A stretch of DNA of 64,000 bases, taken from Candidatus Pacearchaeota archaeon (GTDB lineage: Archaea > Nanobdellota > Nanobdellia > Pacearchaeales > GW2011-AR1). The stretch covers positions 28,067 to 92,066 of the forward strand of contig JAVYLW010000004.1 of NCBI GenBank assembly GCA_038740375.1. The letters are read 5' to 3'. How positions within the stretch are numbered: the first letter of the stretch is position 1; each line of letters begins with the position of its first letter. This document shows, one piece after another, positions 63,041-64,000 of the stretch. The notes beneath the pieces are model-generated. The model saw only the letters and a list, made by a program, of their open reading frames with translations. It searched no databases and was not told where the DNA came from. Position numbers and translations under genes: made by a program.

Positions 63041-64000
63041 TTATTGATATTCTTCAATTTGTATTGGGGTAGATTTATCTGTTTTAAAAGTGAAAATCCT
63101 TATTATTTCTTTTTCAAAACTCTTTATTTTTGATTTTATTTTCTTGTTATGATTCTTCAATTCTTCTATCAAATAATTTGTAAATTCTTGTTCGTCTACT
63201 TTTCTTACTTCTTTTATTTTTTTACCCATAATTAAAAATGCTATTAATCTTCCTAATGCACTAACTATAAAAACAATTATCAATGAAGGTATTGTTATTA
63301 AATTAAAGGATGCGATTACTCCTCCTATTGTTGCTCCAATAAAAGTTCCAAGTGTATTTATTGAATTATAGTATGCAACACATATTGCTAATCTTTGTCT
63401 AGTTACTGAATCAAAAATAAAATTAGCTGCTGATAAATTAAATCCTGCCCAAATAAATCCTGAAAAACATTCAGTTATTATTAAAATTGGAAATGAGAGT
63501 TGTCCTAAGTTATATTTAATCAAGAAAAATGTAATTACGTATCCTATTGGAACTGTAAATAAGAATAATCCAGTTATTTTCATAACCTTCACAGTTCCGA
63601 CTTTATCAGTATATCTTCCCCAAAAAGGCATAAATATTGAAGTAACTACGATTGAGCATATTGATACTATCGTAAATTCTATATATGAAAAGCCTAAATT
63701 TTTTAACATATATACTGAAAAAAATGGTGCTGCGATTGCTGTTGTTAAAGAAATTAAAGAAATGAATATTACAAATCTTCCAAAATTATTGTTCTTCATT
63801 TTTTTAACAAATTCTGCAAAACTGAAGTAATACTCTTCTTCGAATTTAAACTCAGGCTCGTATTGATTTATAAATAAAAATCCTGAAAAAAGTCTTCCTA
63901 AAAAAGCTATAAAGAAGATTATTGCAAAACCCAATATTACGTTATCATCTTTAAAATGATTTAAAATAATTCCAGTTAATAGCATAGATAGAACAGTTAT
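63041..64000 (-). CDS. MFS-type transporter, C-terminal part (ORF open to the window end)
   Basis: It has six or more hydrophobic helices followed by a charged cytoplasmic tail. My reverse translation of 63986-64000 shows no stop upstream of the track's Met, so the gene likely continues beyond the window. Confidence 0.5.
   Translation of the reverse strand: MTVLSMLLTGIILNHFKDDNVILGFAIIFFIAFLGRLFSGFLFINQYEPEFKFEEEYYFSFAEFVKKMKNNNFGRFVIFISLISLTTAIAAPFFSVYMLKNLGFSYIEFTIVSICSIVVTSIFMPFWGRYTDKVGTVKVMKITGLFLFTVPIGYVITFFLIKYNLGQLSFPILIITECFSGFIWAGFNLSAANFIFDSVTRQRLAICVAYYNSINTLGTFIGATIGGVIASFNLITIPSLIIVFIVSALGRLIAFLIMGKKIKEVRKVDEQEFTNYLIEELKNHNKKIKSKIKSFEKEIIRIFTFKTDKSTPIQIEEYQ

Noticed and set aside
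1-64000. CRISPR arrays, rRNA genes, prophage or integrase genes, and recoded stop codons.
   Set aside because: I saw no regularly spaced direct repeats with unique spacers, no rRNA-like GC-rich kilobase blocks and no integrase or recombinase motifs apart from the TnpA relic. Conserved genes read through cleanly with the standard code.

Overview
This is a very AT-rich, gene-dense window from a small-genome archaeon. The informational genes are clearly archaeal: RFC small and large subunits, Rpo7/RpoE, Spt4, eS24, eS31 (S27ae), a tiny eL41 ORF, archaeal-type PheRS alpha and beta, Elp3, archaeal UMP kinase and an Rpp30-like protein. Giant Cys-rich surface proteins, a type IV pilin-like protein, many orphan ORFs and bacterial-type imports (UvrABC, MetK) fit a DPANN-like lineage, but that placement is inference. 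I call about 60 CDS and 5 tRNAs (Gln-CUG, Glu-CUC, Thr-GGU, Trp-CCA, His-GUG). I see no rRNA and no CRISPR array. Main findings: (1) A full-length bacterial sigma-70-like protein (regions 2, 3 and 4 recognisable by eye) sits divergently next to the archaeal rpoE-spt4-rps24e operon. (2) A translationally coupled trio of myo-inositol-1-phosphate synthase, radical SAM enzyme and glucuronokinase-like GHMP kinase is followed by a PGM/PMM mutase, an atypical PfkB/ADP-kinase-like protein and an SDR epimerase. I read this as a possible O2-independent inositol or cyclitol conversion pathway. (3) A ~160-nt intergenic repeat family has four copies; the longest retains a 40-codon relic of an IS200/IS605 TnpA, so the family looks like IS200-derived MITE-like elements. 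(4) A 1699-aa membrane-anchored surface protein combines an M14 carboxypeptidase domain with a C25/gingipain-like cysteine peptidase domain, in a cluster of Cys-rich secreted proteins. (5) One ORF corresponds to only the N-terminal domain of a FlaI/PilB-type secretion ATPase. (6) A strongly base-paired ~170-nt GC-enriched element lies downstream of rps27ae. All family assignments come from reading motifs in the translations; no database search was run.
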